Shown: positions 25,245 to 35,958 of the stretch, piece by piece | Position numbering within the stretch: position 1 is the stretch's first letter | Layout of the letters: each line of letters starts with the position of its first letter | Assembly (NCBI GenBank): GCA_027568095.1 | Contig: GCA_027568095.1_4956.1 | Strand: one strand, 5' to 3' | DNA length: 58,547 nt | Source: a phage | The notes under the pieces: model-generated | Seen by the model: the letters and a program-made list of their open reading frames with translations, nothing else | Told to the model about the DNA's origin: nothing | The model's database searches: none | Translations under genes and position numbers: made by a program

Positions 25245-25617
25245 ATGGTAACTGGAAGTGTGGACCGTCTTTCAGTGTTTTCCAGTCACCACCCCATTCA
25301 ACAGGAATATTCAGTTCTTTCGCAGCCTGTTTAAATGCAGTGGCAATCTGTTCGTAATATTTCCATTCCCATGATCCGGCAGATGTAGGATAAGCAAATA
25401 CATCCACGGCGTGACCCGAAATATGGCGACTGTTCATCGTCTGACTTTTACCTGTAGCAACCAGTTGTCGTTGTCGTTCAACAGTTCGTAAACCTTCTGT
25501 GATACCGAAATCAACGGGTGATAACTGAAGTGCCCGACGCACGATTTTCACAAGATCCGGGTTAACCCCTTTCAGATTATTTTCACTTCTCTGACTGAAT
25601 TTAAAGTTACTCATCAT
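25225..25617 (-). CDS. endolysin, L-alanyl-D-glutamate peptidase (M15-like)
   Basis: HISGHAVDV and GGDW metal-binding motifs. Confidence 0.7.
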   Translation of the reverse strand: MMSNFKFSQRSENNLKGVNPDLVKIVRRALQLSPVDFGITEGLRTVERQRQLVATGKSQTMNSRHISGHAVDVFAYPTSAGSWEWKYYEQIATAFKQAAKELNIPVEWGGDWKTLKDGPHFQLPYAKYPA

Positions 25618-25934
25618 TTACTCCCGGTTTTACGTTGTTCCGCTTTCAAACCTTCAATAACAACTTTCAGGTCATTTGTTGACTGTGTTAGTTCTTTAAC
25701 ACTGGTGAGAATTTCAGCATTCTGTGTGGCTTGATATTCGATTTTGATATCGTGAACATCAACACGAGATTCAACACGCTTTGCCAGATTAAGAGCCTCA
25801 TGCGCATAAGTTTTTGCATCTGCAATATCTTTTTCGTTAGAATTGATTTGGTTTTGGGTTACCCCATAACCTACCAAACCTGTAGCTACAAATGCTATTA
25901 CAGGCCAATACCTTAATAATGAGTTATCAGACAT
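25614..25934 (-). CDS. lysis-associated membrane protein (holin/antiholin candidate)
   Basis: N-terminal TM WPVIAFVATGLVGYGV followed by coiled coil; first gene of lysis cassette. Confidence 0.4.
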   Translation of the reverse strand: MSDNSLLRYWPVIAFVATGLVGYGVTQNQINSNEKDIADAKTYAHEALNLAKRVESRVDVHDIKIEYQATQNAEILTSVKELTQSTNDLKVVIEGLKAEQRKTGSK

Positions 25935-25960
25935 TGTTCTACACTCCAGGAGACTTAAAG

Positions 25961-28279
25961 ATGGCTAACTGTAATGATTATATCAGTGCTGATGATTTGA
26001 AAACAGGCAAACAAGCGATTTTACATATTGAACACGTTGCAAAAAGTCGTGATGCGAACGGTAATCACTCTGCTGAAGTTACTGATGAAATCCGAGGTGA
26101 ACAAATCACAAACCCCACATTAGACGGTTTTTTCTCATCCATCACTCTTAAACCTGTAGATGGTTCTTTTGAAGACGGTGGGGTTTTAAGACATCGTTGG
26201 GAAACTTTATTATATAAAACGAATCGTTCATTTTATCAATGGTTAGGTGATCTGCCAAAAACAGTACCTGCAGGCAGTAGTCCATTTGATGAATCCGGGC
26301 AGTTAATCATGGGGTGGCGAGATGCTACTGATTTATCTCAGGCTGCTGTAAATAAAAACACATATAAACCGTTATTCATTCACAAAGAAACCGGATCCTT
26401 TACATCCGGGGGTAAAGCTATAAGTAAGATATCAGCACTATATAACCCACAGGATGAAATGTATTACACGCCTAAAACAGGTTCTGTTACCGTACTGCCG
26501 GGTTCAGTTCCAGATTCATCCTGGGTTTGTGTTGGTATCCTGGGGAGATATGAAATTGGTGATTTGCGAAACTTCAAAGCTGTTGGCGATGGTGTGTCTA
26601 TAGATACGCAATCTTTTATATTAGCAATGACATGTGCAAACTTTTTTAAAAATCGGGTGATCGTTCCTGGTGGGTATACGTTTGTTTGTGACAAGATGCA
26701 ATTCAGCAACATCAACAATGTGACAATCGAGGGAACCGGGTGTATCAAAATGATCAGCGAGCGTACAGGTGCTTTTTACTATGCTGATGGTGCCCAGATT
26801 ACATTTATCAACAGCTCAAATGTTAAAATCATTGGTATCGAATTTGACGGTAACAGGTCTGGATCGCCTCAATATACAGGTTTCAACCACGGTATACAGT
26901 TTGTCACGGGTACTGGTGATTTCCGTTCAAATAATGGCGGTGACGTAAAGAAAAATAAAAATATTTATATTAGTAAATGTCGTTTCCACGATCAGGGTAG
27001 TTATAATTCTGGTATAGATAAATTCGGTGACGGAATTTATCTATTTGGGTGTGATGGGGTTGTGATTGAAAATAACGAATTTGTTGATATTGGTCGTTGG
27101 GGTGTTGCTTCCTCAGATTGTTTCAATGTTCGAATTATCAATAATTATCACAATTGCTCTAAAATAGGAACAGTTGCATTAGGTTTTGTTGATATTGAAA
27201 ACGAATCAACAGATAACACAAATGGTTCATACTCTCACAATATCGTAATTTCTGGAAATACGATATGCGGTTTTGGTCAAATTCTTGTTAGTGGTGGTAA
27301 CAATAGTGAAAACAATCTTGGTGCTAAACATTACCTTAGAAACGTGACTATCACCGGAAACTCACTTCTTATTGAGTCAAACACCCATGAGACCGCGTCG
27401 TATATGACAAACCTTGTGTTTATTGGTGTTGCTCCTTTCTGTAATGTTGTGCCAACAACGTCGGCACAGGCTATCGACAACTCGAATATCGTTATCTCAA
27501 ATAATACGCTCAAATGTTATATCCCATCTAATTTGTCGATTGGTACAGGCATTAGTGGACAAGGAACCGGTTTTTCATCAGGTATATTCAATACTGTTAA
27601 CGGTGTGGTAATTAAAAACAATACCATTTTTGGTTTCGAAAAAGGTATACAGGCTGAATCACCAATTGTTTCAACGGGTTATACATTTACAAACGTACTT
27701 ATTGCCAATAATACGATTGATTGTAATGGTCTAACAAACTCCATTGGGATCCGAACTGCATCAACACAGCTTGTAGGTGTCAGCATTCAATCTAATATTA
27801 TCAGGAACGCCGTAACACGAGGTATTTCTGTTGAAGATGGTCGTGAAATCGGCGCAATAGATAGTTATGTTATGATTTCAGACAATGAAGTTTATTCCAA
27901 TATAGGCACAAATTATTTTGCAAATATCTACCGTGCAAGTTTCCAAGGTAATGGCTCCCGAGGTGGAGCGCTGGTTCTCGACGCCACAGTAACCAACATG
28001 GATAAAGATTACGGCAATACCTGGAACCATATTTTACGTGAAATAAATGGTTTTACTGTTAACAGTATGTCTCAAATAACACAGGATGCAATCGATATTG
28101 GGTCACAAACCAGATTCGGTTACACAGTACAACTTATACCGCCATTTAATCTTGAAGGTGCTCAGTCATCAGCAATGGTAACTGGCCCCGGACTAGCCAG
28201 GGCATTTATTACAAATATGTCAGGTTCCCCCGTAACTAAAGCTACTGATATATGGCATATGGTCGTTGAGAAACATTAA
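25961..28279 (+). CDS. tail fiber/tailspike with parallel beta-helix-like repeats
   Basis: ATG 25961 with CCAGGAGA RBS; about 770 aa; recurring N/G/I-rich repeats. Confidence 0.5.
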   Translation: MANCNDYISADDLKTGKQAILHIEHVAKSRDANGNHSAEVTDEIRGEQITNPTLDGFFSSITLKPVDGSFEDGGVLRHRWETLLYKTNRSFYQWLGDLPKTVPAGSSPFDESGQLIMGWRDATDLSQAAVNKNTYKPLFIHKETGSFTSGGKAISKISALYNPQDEMYYTPKTGSVTVLPGSVPDSSWVCVGILGRYEIGDLRNFKAVGDGVSIDTQSFILAMTCANFFKNRVIVPGGYTFVCDKMQFSNINNVTIEGTGCIKMISERTGAFYYADGAQITFINSSNVKIIGIEFDGNRSGSPQYTGFNHGIQFVTGTGDFRSNNGGDVKKNKNIYISKCRFHDQGSYNSGIDKFGDGIYLFGCDGVVIENNEFVDIGRWGVASSDCFNVRIINNYHNCSKIGTVALGFVDIENESTDNTNGSYSHNIVISGNTICGFGQILVSGGNNSENNLGAKHYLRNVTITGNSLLIESNTHETASYMTNLVFIGVAPFCNVVPTTSAQAIDNSNIVISNNTLKCYIPSNLSIGTGISGQGTGFSSGIFNTVNGVVIKNNTIFGFEKGIQAESPIVSTGYTFTNVLIANNTIDCNGLTNSIGIRTASTQLVGVSIQSNIIRNAVTRGISVEDGREIGAIDSYVMISDNEVYSNIGTNYFANIYRASFQGNGSRGGALVLDATVTNMDKDYGNTWNHILREINGFTVNSMSQITQDAIDIGSQTRFGYTVQLIPPFNLEGAQSSAMVTGPGLARAFITNMSGSPVTKATDIWHMVVEKH

Positions 28280-30804
28280 TCATCCTGATAATAACGTGCA
28301 TCGTAGTTGATGCACGTTAAACCTACCTGATAGTTATTGTCTCTTCCTGACGGTTCCATACTCTGAACAAGCATTGCTAACTTGCTACGTTCATTATCAG
28401 CACGGATAATATACGCTGTACGATCGCGTAACCACCCCGTGTAAATTTCTTCAGATGGTTGATAAGCCATTACAACTGAAAATTCATCATTCCCGGCAGT
28501 TACAGGAATGTTTTCAAGTGTTCCCAGTCGGTGTGTTAACGTTATGCTGTATGTATTACCCGTGGTGAACGTAACAGGATCGCTGAGAATAAGCGTTAAA
28601 CCGTCAACGTCAACTACGACACCTTCGTGTTGTTTCATACGGGTGTTATCAATCATGTCCACGCGCATACCCGGGGTAGCCTGTAACCCGATACTAAGCG
28701 CTGTACATTCATGGGTGATACGTTGATAACGTAACTTATTCATCTCACGATTAGCGCGAATGTTTGCAAGATATCGCGACTGACACGCAACAAGATCTAT
28801 CTTATTAAGGTTTGTTTCTTCACCTTTGGTTACATACAAATATGATTTTTCATCGTGGTCGAAGTATTTAACCTGAACACCAGTGTATTCTTTAGGTGGT
28901 GCGAAAGAACGTGTGCGTTTGTCACTGTCAGGAATTTTAAACGCATGACCAAACTGCATTGCGGACTGGTCTTGCGGTAATTCAGGCCAGAAATACAATA
29001 CACTACCGATCTGATACGGTTTAATGTTCACCGTGTTACAGATAGTGTCCAATCCTTCTTCGTACGTCGTACTGTTGTTATCAAATGTATAGCCAACTTC
29101 AATTGCTCGTTGGTCACCAAAATATTCAAGAATTTGTGCCTGAACAGCATATAAAGCATCACGATCAATGGTGTCTAATGTGCGACGACCAAATAAAGGA
29201 TCTGTGTGCATTGACAATACAACGTCTGCAAAATTACTACTTGCAACACCGTTATACACACGGGTTGCAATCATGTTTAATTTACGTTCTTTTTGTTTCA
29301 GTGCCGCATTTGTTGCTTTCGTCACTGTATGGATCAATGTCACATCACCATAGGAACGCGGGGAAACGTTCGTGATAGCGTACAAATCGCGCCACTTGAT
29401 GTTGTCAACAACAGACCCTTCGAAGTCTTTGTCTGTATTTGACAGTCGTCTTACAGACACGTTGACAGGGCCGTCAAAAGGGTTGTCCACAATTAATGAA
29501 TTACCTACAGCTTCTGTATAACGACCGCGGACAGACATAGAGTGTGTCACATTCGCTTTCACACCATTAGGATCTGACAACACTACCTGGAAATCACAGG
29601 TAAACGGATAAATGTCGCCATCAGTTTTATACACGCCATTTTGTGCATAAAGGTTAATCATCAACTTATCCGCACTATCAATCAGATAAGGCCCGACAAT
29701 ATACGGCGTGGTACTGTCAAGAGACGGTAAAAACTTGTATAAAATACTTCCACTTCCTTCAGTGGTTTCAAGTTCCCAGTAACCATCGTTTCGCAAATAA
29801 GCCTGTGTATACGCAGCCTGACCACTTTCAGATAGAGCATCCCAACCATCACGACCATTAGTATCAATGATTAACGTATTCTCACCTGCATAAATAACAT
29901 CATATTCACCGGACAGGTCATTGCGTACATACGTGTTTAACGGTAACGTATTAGGTGTAAAACTGTAAAATTGTGATAAACGAATTTTACTACCGATTGG
30001 TGCACGTTCCGACCAGTCAATCGTAGTGTTATCATCACTGGTAATCGTAGTGTCAATTTCACCAGTGCTGTAAATTTTAAAACTCGCTTTGCTGATATCA
30101 GCATAGTTTGGTGGCTTGACTTCAGATCCGTCTGCTTCGTTCGATGACTTAGCAACCATGATCGGAAAAGTGTTAATATCAATTGCACCACCGATATTCA
30201 TATATGGAGAACCATACCCTGGTGCATTACCTTTTTTATAAAAGTCTAATTTTTCACCGCTGATATTTACAGCAGGTGTAATACCGTCACGAACGTCTTC
30301 GACTTCGTATTCACCAGCGCCCAGACACAGGAACTGAACTTCATATTCTGTTCGGTCAATAAAGATTCGGTAGTCCATTAACAGGTCAGGATATGCCAGT
30401 ACACGACCACGGATATCAGAAATACGTTCGCCCGGTCGTGAAGCGTTGGTACGCCCCTGAAGCGCGTTGTTAGACGATGCTGAACGTGAATTCTTAAGGT
30501 TAGCCGACGCACTGGTGCTCGGCATGAATAATTTTAAAATGGGGTTTAAAATTGCGCCTATAACTTTTGTTATTGCACTAACCACTCCACCTTTTGGTAG
30601 TTCATAAATATGATAAACAGCGTCAGGATCAGTCAATACGCTGGGGTCAGTAACCCACTTTTGGGTGATGTTCTCATCGTTTTTATAAATCAATAACCCA
30701 CGCGGACGAACTGTACCCACGGGCCAGCGTTTTAGCATCCATTCACCAAAGTCAACGTTATCAGCGTGTTCAACAGGATTAGTGTGATAGATGACTTTAG
30801 ACAC
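28276..30804 (-). CDS. large tail tip protein (lambda J-like position)
   Basis: 842 aa; last gene of tail module after K/L/M-like genes. Confidence 0.45.
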   Translation of the reverse strand: MSKVIYHTNPVEHADNVDFGEWMLKRWPVGTVRPRGLLIYKNDENITQKWVTDPSVLTDPDAVYHIYELPKGGVVSAITKVIGAILNPILKLFMPSTSASANLKNSRSASSNNALQGRTNASRPGERISDIRGRVLAYPDLLMDYRIFIDRTEYEVQFLCLGAGEYEVEDVRDGITPAVNISGEKLDFYKKGNAPGYGSPYMNIGGAIDINTFPIMVAKSSNEADGSEVKPPNYADISKASFKIYSTGEIDTTITSDDNTTIDWSERAPIGSKIRLSQFYSFTPNTLPLNTYVRNDLSGEYDVIYAGENTLIIDTNGRDGWDALSESGQAAYTQAYLRNDGYWELETTEGSGSILYKFLPSLDSTTPYIVGPYLIDSADKLMINLYAQNGVYKTDGDIYPFTCDFQVVLSDPNGVKANVTHSMSVRGRYTEAVGNSLIVDNPFDGPVNVSVRRLSNTDKDFEGSVVDNIKWRDLYAITNVSPRSYGDVTLIHTVTKATNAALKQKERKLNMIATRVYNGVASSNFADVVLSMHTDPLFGRRTLDTIDRDALYAVQAQILEYFGDQRAIEVGYTFDNNSTTYEEGLDTICNTVNIKPYQIGSVLYFWPELPQDQSAMQFGHAFKIPDSDKRTRSFAPPKEYTGVQVKYFDHDEKSYLYVTKGEETNLNKIDLVACQSRYLANIRANREMNKLRYQRITHECTALSIGLQATPGMRVDMIDNTRMKQHEGVVVDVDGLTLILSDPVTFTTGNTYSITLTHRLGTLENIPVTAGNDEFSVVMAYQPSEEIYTGWLRDRTAYIIRADNERSKLAMLVQSMEPSGRDNNYQVGLTCINYDARYYQDD

Positions 30805-31156
30805 TTTTCATTCTCCAGAACGTGATTTCTTTATGTGCGGTCTTAATTATACTTAAAGGTGATCTGATTGTCTGTCCTGGTGAATCACCCGGTGGTTGAT
30901 AACAATGATGAACCATTCCGCAATCCCACACGCCAACATGAAAACCGCCTGAATATCTGTTCTTCATCAGTACAAGCGCGCCTTGTTCCGGTGTGGTAAT
31001 TGGTGAAAAACGTTTTCGCATCCATCTAACAAACGCAATATCCCATTCATCACCTGAAACAGTTTTCAATACGTATGGGTAGTTATGGATCTGATACCAC
31101 TGACTAACCTCGTGTGTACAATTCCATTTGTCAATATCGTAGCGATCGCCGATCAT
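30797..31156 (-). CDS. tail assembly protein (lambda K-like position)
   Basis: Position in tail module; Cys/His-containing HVGVWDCGMVHHC segment. Confidence 0.4.
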   Translation of the reverse strand: MIGDRYDIDKWNCTHEVSQWYQIHNYPYVLKTVSGDEWDIAFVRWMRKRFSPITTPEQGALVLMKNRYSGGFHVGVWDCGMVHHCYQPPGDSPGQTIRSPLSIIKTAHKEITFWRMKSV

Positions 31157-31671
31157 GTTGCATACGCCAGCAGTGTAGGAAAACGTTCAAACGTATATAA
31201 TTCACCTGTCCCAGCAAAATTCGTAATAGGTGGTGACGCTGTAAACGTACAACCCTGTGGTTCAGTAGTAATATCGCCAGATTCCAGAAGATATGGTCCA
31301 TCCTGAATATCAGACATGGAACCATCTTCACGGTAAACAAACGTTCGCAACTCAACAGATGGTTTTTCATTACTGTCAAGAGGAATTAAGTCCAGATATA
31401 CACCAACAACTTCATTCAAATCCTGAATAGTGAATGAATAATCCTGTGATAAATCGTTTTGTTTATTCGCCTTCTTGACGGACATCGGAACGTATTCATA
31501 CTCGTATTCCTTACCGTCTTCATGCACAGCGACAAACCCCGGATAAACACTGGTGATGTATATCGGATTGGGCCATGAACTATGGTTCAGTTTCACACCG
31601 TCAACAACACCTTTACCTGTTGTTGCGACCGTTAATAATTCACGCAGTTCGTCTTTCATTCTGGTGTCCAC
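31153..31671 (-). CDS. minor tail protein (lambda L-like position)
   Basis: Position and size. Confidence 0.4.
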   Translation of the reverse strand: MDTRMKDELRELLTVATTGKGVVDGVKLNHSSWPNPIYITSVYPGFVAVHEDGKEYEYEYVPMSVKKANKQNDLSQDYSFTIQDLNEVVGVYLDLIPLDSNEKPSVELRTFVYREDGSMSDIQDGPYLLESGDITTEPQGCTFTASPPITNFAGTGELYTFERFPTLLAYAT

Positions 31672-32159
31672 GCGTTATTTAAGAGTAAACCAGTATCAAT
31701 GATTTCTTTAAGGTGACAAGCAGCGTAATCACCATGACATTTAGTAAGTAACAATCGTGATGCCATTGCGCAACGGTCGATTACCGGAACAGCTTGCAAC
31801 TGTAGATCGACAGATCCTTTCCATCCTACAACAGAGGATGACGGGTTACTGACAATCTGAACAACGTGTTCCTGAATCAAACCATTCACAAACAATTGCA
31901 TCACAAACCGCTTACTACCTTCAGCGATTTCCAGATTGTAAAAGTCGTCCCACCACTGAAGCATCGCGGGACTATATAACTGAATTGTACACGATACCTG
32001 AGCAGGACCACCAAAGGCGCTACGACCTAACCGTGATAGCGTCCCGGAAATATCAGATTTAGTTACACCCCACGGTGGGCTATAACTGTAATTATCACGT
32101 TCAGGTAACACCATTTTCGCGCCGTACTCAAGCCGTGGTAAATCATCTGTATTGCTCAT
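31656..32159 (-). CDS. minor tail protein (lambda M-like position)
   Basis: Immediately downstream of tape measure gene. Confidence 0.4.
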   Translation of the reverse strand: MSNTDDLPRLEYGAKMVLPERDNYSYSPPWGVTKSDISGTLSRLGRSAFGGPAQVSCTIQLYSPAMLQWWDDFYNLEIAEGSKRFVMQLFVNGLIQEHVVQIVSNPSSSVVGWKGSVDLQLQAVPVIDRCAMASRLLLTKCHGDYAACHLKEIIDTGLLLNNAWTPE

Positions 32160-35062
32160 TATATTTTCCTGTTCGCATCATAGTTAGACCTGAACGCTTT
32201 ATTCGTCTGACTGTACGGGTCGTTCCATTGTGCCGCTGATTGTCGTGGGAATTCTTCACCAATGATAAGCACAACATCATCCCGTGTTAATCCTTGTTTC
32301 ACCTGAACACGTTCACCACCGTAATTATGAACCTGAATATTAGGTGAAGAACCACCTTCAGATCCGGGTGTATACGTACCACGGTTCATTGCTTCCAGAG
32401 TGCTACGATAACGACTGGTAGCCTGTTTGGTACTGACAAACTCACCGTTACTTAAACGTGCATTTATACTGTCACTCTGACCTGTACCCGGCCCTTTAAC
32501 ATAACCGCCCGTTGCAAAACCTGTTGCAGCCACAGACTGAATGTTACCCAACACGCTTGTTCCGTATGATAAAGCTTGTGCAATGAATGGAATATTCGCC
32601 GGGAACGGCAACGCCATAGCCTGACTAACCGCTGTCCACAGGTTAATACTTGCCTGTGCGATACTAAAGGCTTTAGACAGTGCAAACATCGCTTTATACG
32701 CGTTTGATTGCTCACCTTTAGATTGTGCCAGACCAGCAGCCATTTGACCCAAAAAATCAGCACTGGATTGTAGCAACAAGCTGTAGTTAGCATTTGCAAG
32801 ATTCATACGGGCTTGTTCCCCGGCCTGTTGAATCTGCGTTTTCATATCCTGATATTGTTGCTCGTTGATTAAATCTTGTTCACGGGCTTGTTGTATGACA
32901 GTAAGGCGTTGTGCTTCCTGCTGATTAACCTGATCAACCTGTGATTGATACGGGTTTAACTCACCCTGTACATCGGTTTGTACCTGTGAAACCTGACCAG
33001 CTAACTGTTGCGCCTGCTGTTGACGTTGCAATGCAGCCACATGTGCATCAACAGCGGCACGTTCAGCATCCGTCGCGTCTTTATTCAGTCGCGACTGTGC
33101 TTCTGCTTGTTGTGAAGCCAGCGTTAACTGTTGACGTACCTGATATTCTTTCTGATACGTTGCTGTAAGTTGTTCAACAGACGACCCCTGTGTTAAAGCA
33201 ATCTGAACCTGTTCGCGTGCTAACTGAACATCATAATTACCAGCATTGATTTTATCCTGAAGTGTTTTCAGGTATTTCTGGTTAGCAGCCTGATTACGTT
33301 CCAGTTCTTTCTGTGCACGTTTAGCTGCAGATTCTGCATTCTTCTGGTTTTTTTGATTTTCTTTATATTCTGCCTGTTGTTTCAACAATGCGGCATAATC
33401 TGCAATCTGTTCCTTTGTTGCTTTGTTACCCAGTTTCTGACTTGCTGCCAGTTCATAGTTACCGTCAGCAAGCGCCTGGGTATAGGTGATCTGTTCTTTC
33501 AGGTTTTTAATCTGTTTTGCAGATTCGGCATCAGGACGTCCGGCAGCCTGAGCAGCCGTAATACTCGCCTGTAAAGTGCTTGCCTGATTTGCAAGATTTT
33601 CAGCAATACCCTTACCCAACGGAGTAGCCTGAACAACCCCTCGTTGTGCTTCTGCTTGTTGTTTTGTTAACTGAATATCAAGTTTTTTAAGTTCGTTTAA
33701 TTTCTTCTGTGCAGCGCTGGTGTCACCAACAAATTTTGTATACCCACCAATTGATTGTGTTGTATATCCACGCTGAATTTGTGCTTCCAGATCTGCAATT
33801 TCTTTCAGATTGGCTTCACGTTTTGCGGTAACACTGTTCAGATTGTTAGTGGCTTGTGCCAGTTTGTCAGCACCTGCAGCGGCTTTTATTAACTCTGTTG
33901 TACCCGATACACCACCTGCTAACAGGTCCAGGAATTTAGCCAGGAATTTAGATGCGCCAATCTGTTGATCGAGTTCAGCGATAGCCACGGACAGGTTATT
34001 ACGTAACGCAGTGGCAGACTGGTCTACAGAACGAGGAAGTTTATCGAACTGTGCGCTGATTTCATCAGTCGCGTTGTTTAACAGCAACAATTTATCACGG
34101 GTAATTTCACCATCAGAACCTAACTGTTTAAGTTCCCCCGTGGTGACACCCATTTGTTTAGCCAGCACCTGAAGAACAGTTGGTAACTGTTCCGACACAG
34201 ATCGGAATTCATCCCCCTGCAAACGACCAGATGCAAATGCCTGTGATAATTGATAGATAGCAGCAGATGCTTCAGCACTGGATGCGCCAGATACACGGGC
34301 CATTTTTTGCAGGTTGTCGGTAAACTGCAAAATAACCTGATTACTAATCCCGGCATCTTTACCAGCAGCGGCAAAACGCTGAAAACTATTTGCCACAGCG
34401 TCAATATCTGTACCAGCACGATTAGCCTGTTGTACTAATTGCGCAAAAATCTGTTGTGATTCAACCGACGTTGATGTGTACAGATTGATGCGACTCTGTA
34501 GCAGTTCAACTTTCGTTGCAGTATCTACAAACGCTTTACCCCAGTCGTAAAGTGACCCTGCAATCTGTAAACCAACAAACGCTTTTGCACCAGTGACAAG
34601 TGTTTCAAGAGCGCCTTTAGTTTTTTGTGTTGATTGATTAGTGTTATTCTGCTGATTATCAAGTTTTTTAAGACTGTTAGTCAGATCGTCAATTGCTTTC
34701 TTTTCATCAGCAGTTGCTTGTTTGATAATTTTGGCTAATTCAGCAAATTTCTGTTGATTATTAACAGTCTGACCAGCCGCACGAGCAGCAGCACCCTGTG
34801 TTGCTAACAGGCGTGATTGTTCCTGTGCTGCTTCACGAGTAGCCCTAGCTACAGCAACAGCTTTAGCAGCCTGATTAGCTTGTTGTTGTGCCAGTTGCTG
34901 TGCTGCTTTTGCAACCTGCTGTTCAGCCACAGATAACTGATTAGCAGCCTGTGCTGCTGCTATGGTTGATTTTTCAGTCTGATCTAACTGACTGTTAAGA
35001 TTATTAAGATTGCGGTCAGCCGAACCGGTATCAATCTTAATATCAATAGGATATTGTGCCAT
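32159..35062 (-). CDS. tail tape measure protein
   Basis: 967 aa, Ala/Gln-rich helical sequence; downstream of G/GT chaperones. Confidence 0.7.
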   Translation of the reverse strand: MAQYPIDIKIDTGSADRNLNNLNSQLDQTEKSTIAAAQAANQLSVAEQQVAKAAQQLAQQQANQAAKAVAVARATREAAQEQSRLLATQGAAARAAGQTVNNQQKFAELAKIIKQATADEKKAIDDLTNSLKKLDNQQNNTNQSTQKTKGALETLVTGAKAFVGLQIAGSLYDWGKAFVDTATKVELLQSRINLYTSTSVESQQIFAQLVQQANRAGTDIDAVANSFQRFAAAGKDAGISNQVILQFTDNLQKMARVSGASSAEASAAIYQLSQAFASGRLQGDEFRSVSEQLPTVLQVLAKQMGVTTGELKQLGSDGEITRDKLLLLNNATDEISAQFDKLPRSVDQSATALRNNLSVAIAELDQQIGASKFLAKFLDLLAGGVSGTTELIKAAAGADKLAQATNNLNSVTAKREANLKEIADLEAQIQRGYTTQSIGGYTKFVGDTSAAQKKLNELKKLDIQLTKQQAEAQRGVVQATPLGKGIAENLANQASTLQASITAAQAAGRPDAESAKQIKNLKEQITYTQALADGNYELAASQKLGNKATKEQIADYAALLKQQAEYKENQKNQKNAESAAKRAQKELERNQAANQKYLKTLQDKINAGNYDVQLAREQVQIALTQGSSVEQLTATYQKEYQVRQQLTLASQQAEAQSRLNKDATDAERAAVDAHVAALQRQQQAQQLAGQVSQVQTDVQGELNPYQSQVDQVNQQEAQRLTVIQQAREQDLINEQQYQDMKTQIQQAGEQARMNLANANYSLLLQSSADFLGQMAAGLAQSKGEQSNAYKAMFALSKAFSIAQASINLWTAVSQAMALPFPANIPFIAQALSYGTSVLGNIQSVAATGFATGGYVKGPGTGQSDSINARLSNGEFVSTKQATSRYRSTLEAMNRGTYTPGSEGGSSPNIQVHNYGGERVQVKQGLTRDDVVLIIGEEFPRQSAAQWNDPYSQTNKAFRSNYDANRKI

Positions 35063-35120
35063 GTTGATTAACCTTTTCGTGAAGCATGTACACAGTTTAA
35101 CATGTTAACCATAATATATG

Positions 35121-35143
35121 AAAAAGCCCGGAACTAACCGGGC
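35121..35143 (-). terminator. intrinsic terminator/attenuator between tail chaperone and tape measure gene
   Basis: GCCCGG-AACTAA-CCGGGC hairpin with T-run on minus strand. Confidence 0.45.
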
Positions 35144-35149
35144 TTATGT

Positions 35150-35419
35150 TTATTTTTCTTCATCTGGCGTAGTTCGCACGGACCGCAATGTTATTAACAA
35201 TTTCCAAAGGAACTGTACATCAACGTTGTATACCTGTGCGTAACGTTCACAGGCAACCCAATCGCTATTTATTAGGTCAAGATAAGCATACCAGTAAAAA
35301 ACAGCGTCAGGTCGTAATTTAGGTCGTTTCTGTACAACAACTGGAACGGGCATACCACGCGCAGCCGCCCCTTGTGCAACCCAGTCCAGGTCATCACCGC
35401 CTGTCTTATTAGTCCACAA
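35150..35419 (-). CDS. tail assembly chaperone T-like segment (expressed as fusion by -1 frameshift)
   Basis: Frame continues from slippery site at 35434-35442 into this ORF. Confidence 0.6.
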   Translation of the reverse strand: MWTNKTGGDDLDWVAQGAAARGMPVPVVVQKRPKLRPDAVFYWYAYLDLINSDWVACERYAQVYNVDVQFLWKLLITLRSVRTTPDEEK

Positions 35420-35430
35420 GAGGAAGTCAA

Positions 35431-35853
35431 TCAGTTTTTTTCAATCTGTTTCTCCCATTCGTCCTGGAAGAATGTGGAATTAATTGCAAACTGAATAACA
35501 CGACTATAGATCACCTTACCGAAACGTTCATCACTTAACAGTTCAATAGCTTCTTTAACACTAAACGGTTCCGGTTTGTCATCTTCACCAATCAGTTTCC
35601 AGTCCAGCATGAGAACGTTAGCCACGAACTTAATGCCTTCTGGTGTATATTCCTGATTCCACAGTTTTTCAAAGAAGTTTTCAGGTAACACACCATTCTG
35701 TTTCACATAGTCTGCGACGGTTGCATTATATACCTGGTTAGTGGTATCCAGGTTCAACACTGTGATACTGAAATTTTCGTTTAAGATCAGTTCGGCAGAA
35801 GACTTCAGCACCAGTGGAGAAAGTGCTTTTTTCAGATGGTCAAACTTTGACAT
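35431..35853 (-). CDS. tail assembly chaperone (G-like)
   Basis: Between major tail and tape measure genes; ends QIEKN* at slippery site. Confidence 0.6.
   Translation of the reverse strand: MSKFDHLKKALSPLVLKSSAELILNENFSITVLNLDTTNQVYNATVADYVKQNGVLPENFFEKLWNQEYTPEGIKFVANVLMLDWKLIGEDDKPEPFSVKEAIELLSDERFGKVIYSRVIQFAINSTFFQDEWEKQIEKN
35434..35442 (-). other. programmed -1 ribosomal frameshift slippery site (A_AAA_AAC)
   Basis: Minus-strand GAAAAAAAC at the G-like stop; -1 frame reads KKLIDFLLWTNKTGGDD into 35150..35419. Confidence 0.65.
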
Positions 35854-35914
35854 GGTTTTTACCTTTTATGTAGTAGACGATTAGATAATAATAGTTCTGT
35901 ACAAATTACGCAAC

Positions 35915-35938
35915 AAAAAAGCCCGGCGTTAACCGGGC
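35915..35938 (-). terminator. intrinsic terminator after major tail protein gene
   Basis: GCCCGG-TTAACG-CCGGGC + T6 on minus strand. Confidence 0.6.
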
Positions 35939-35958
35939 AACCACTACCATCCACCATG

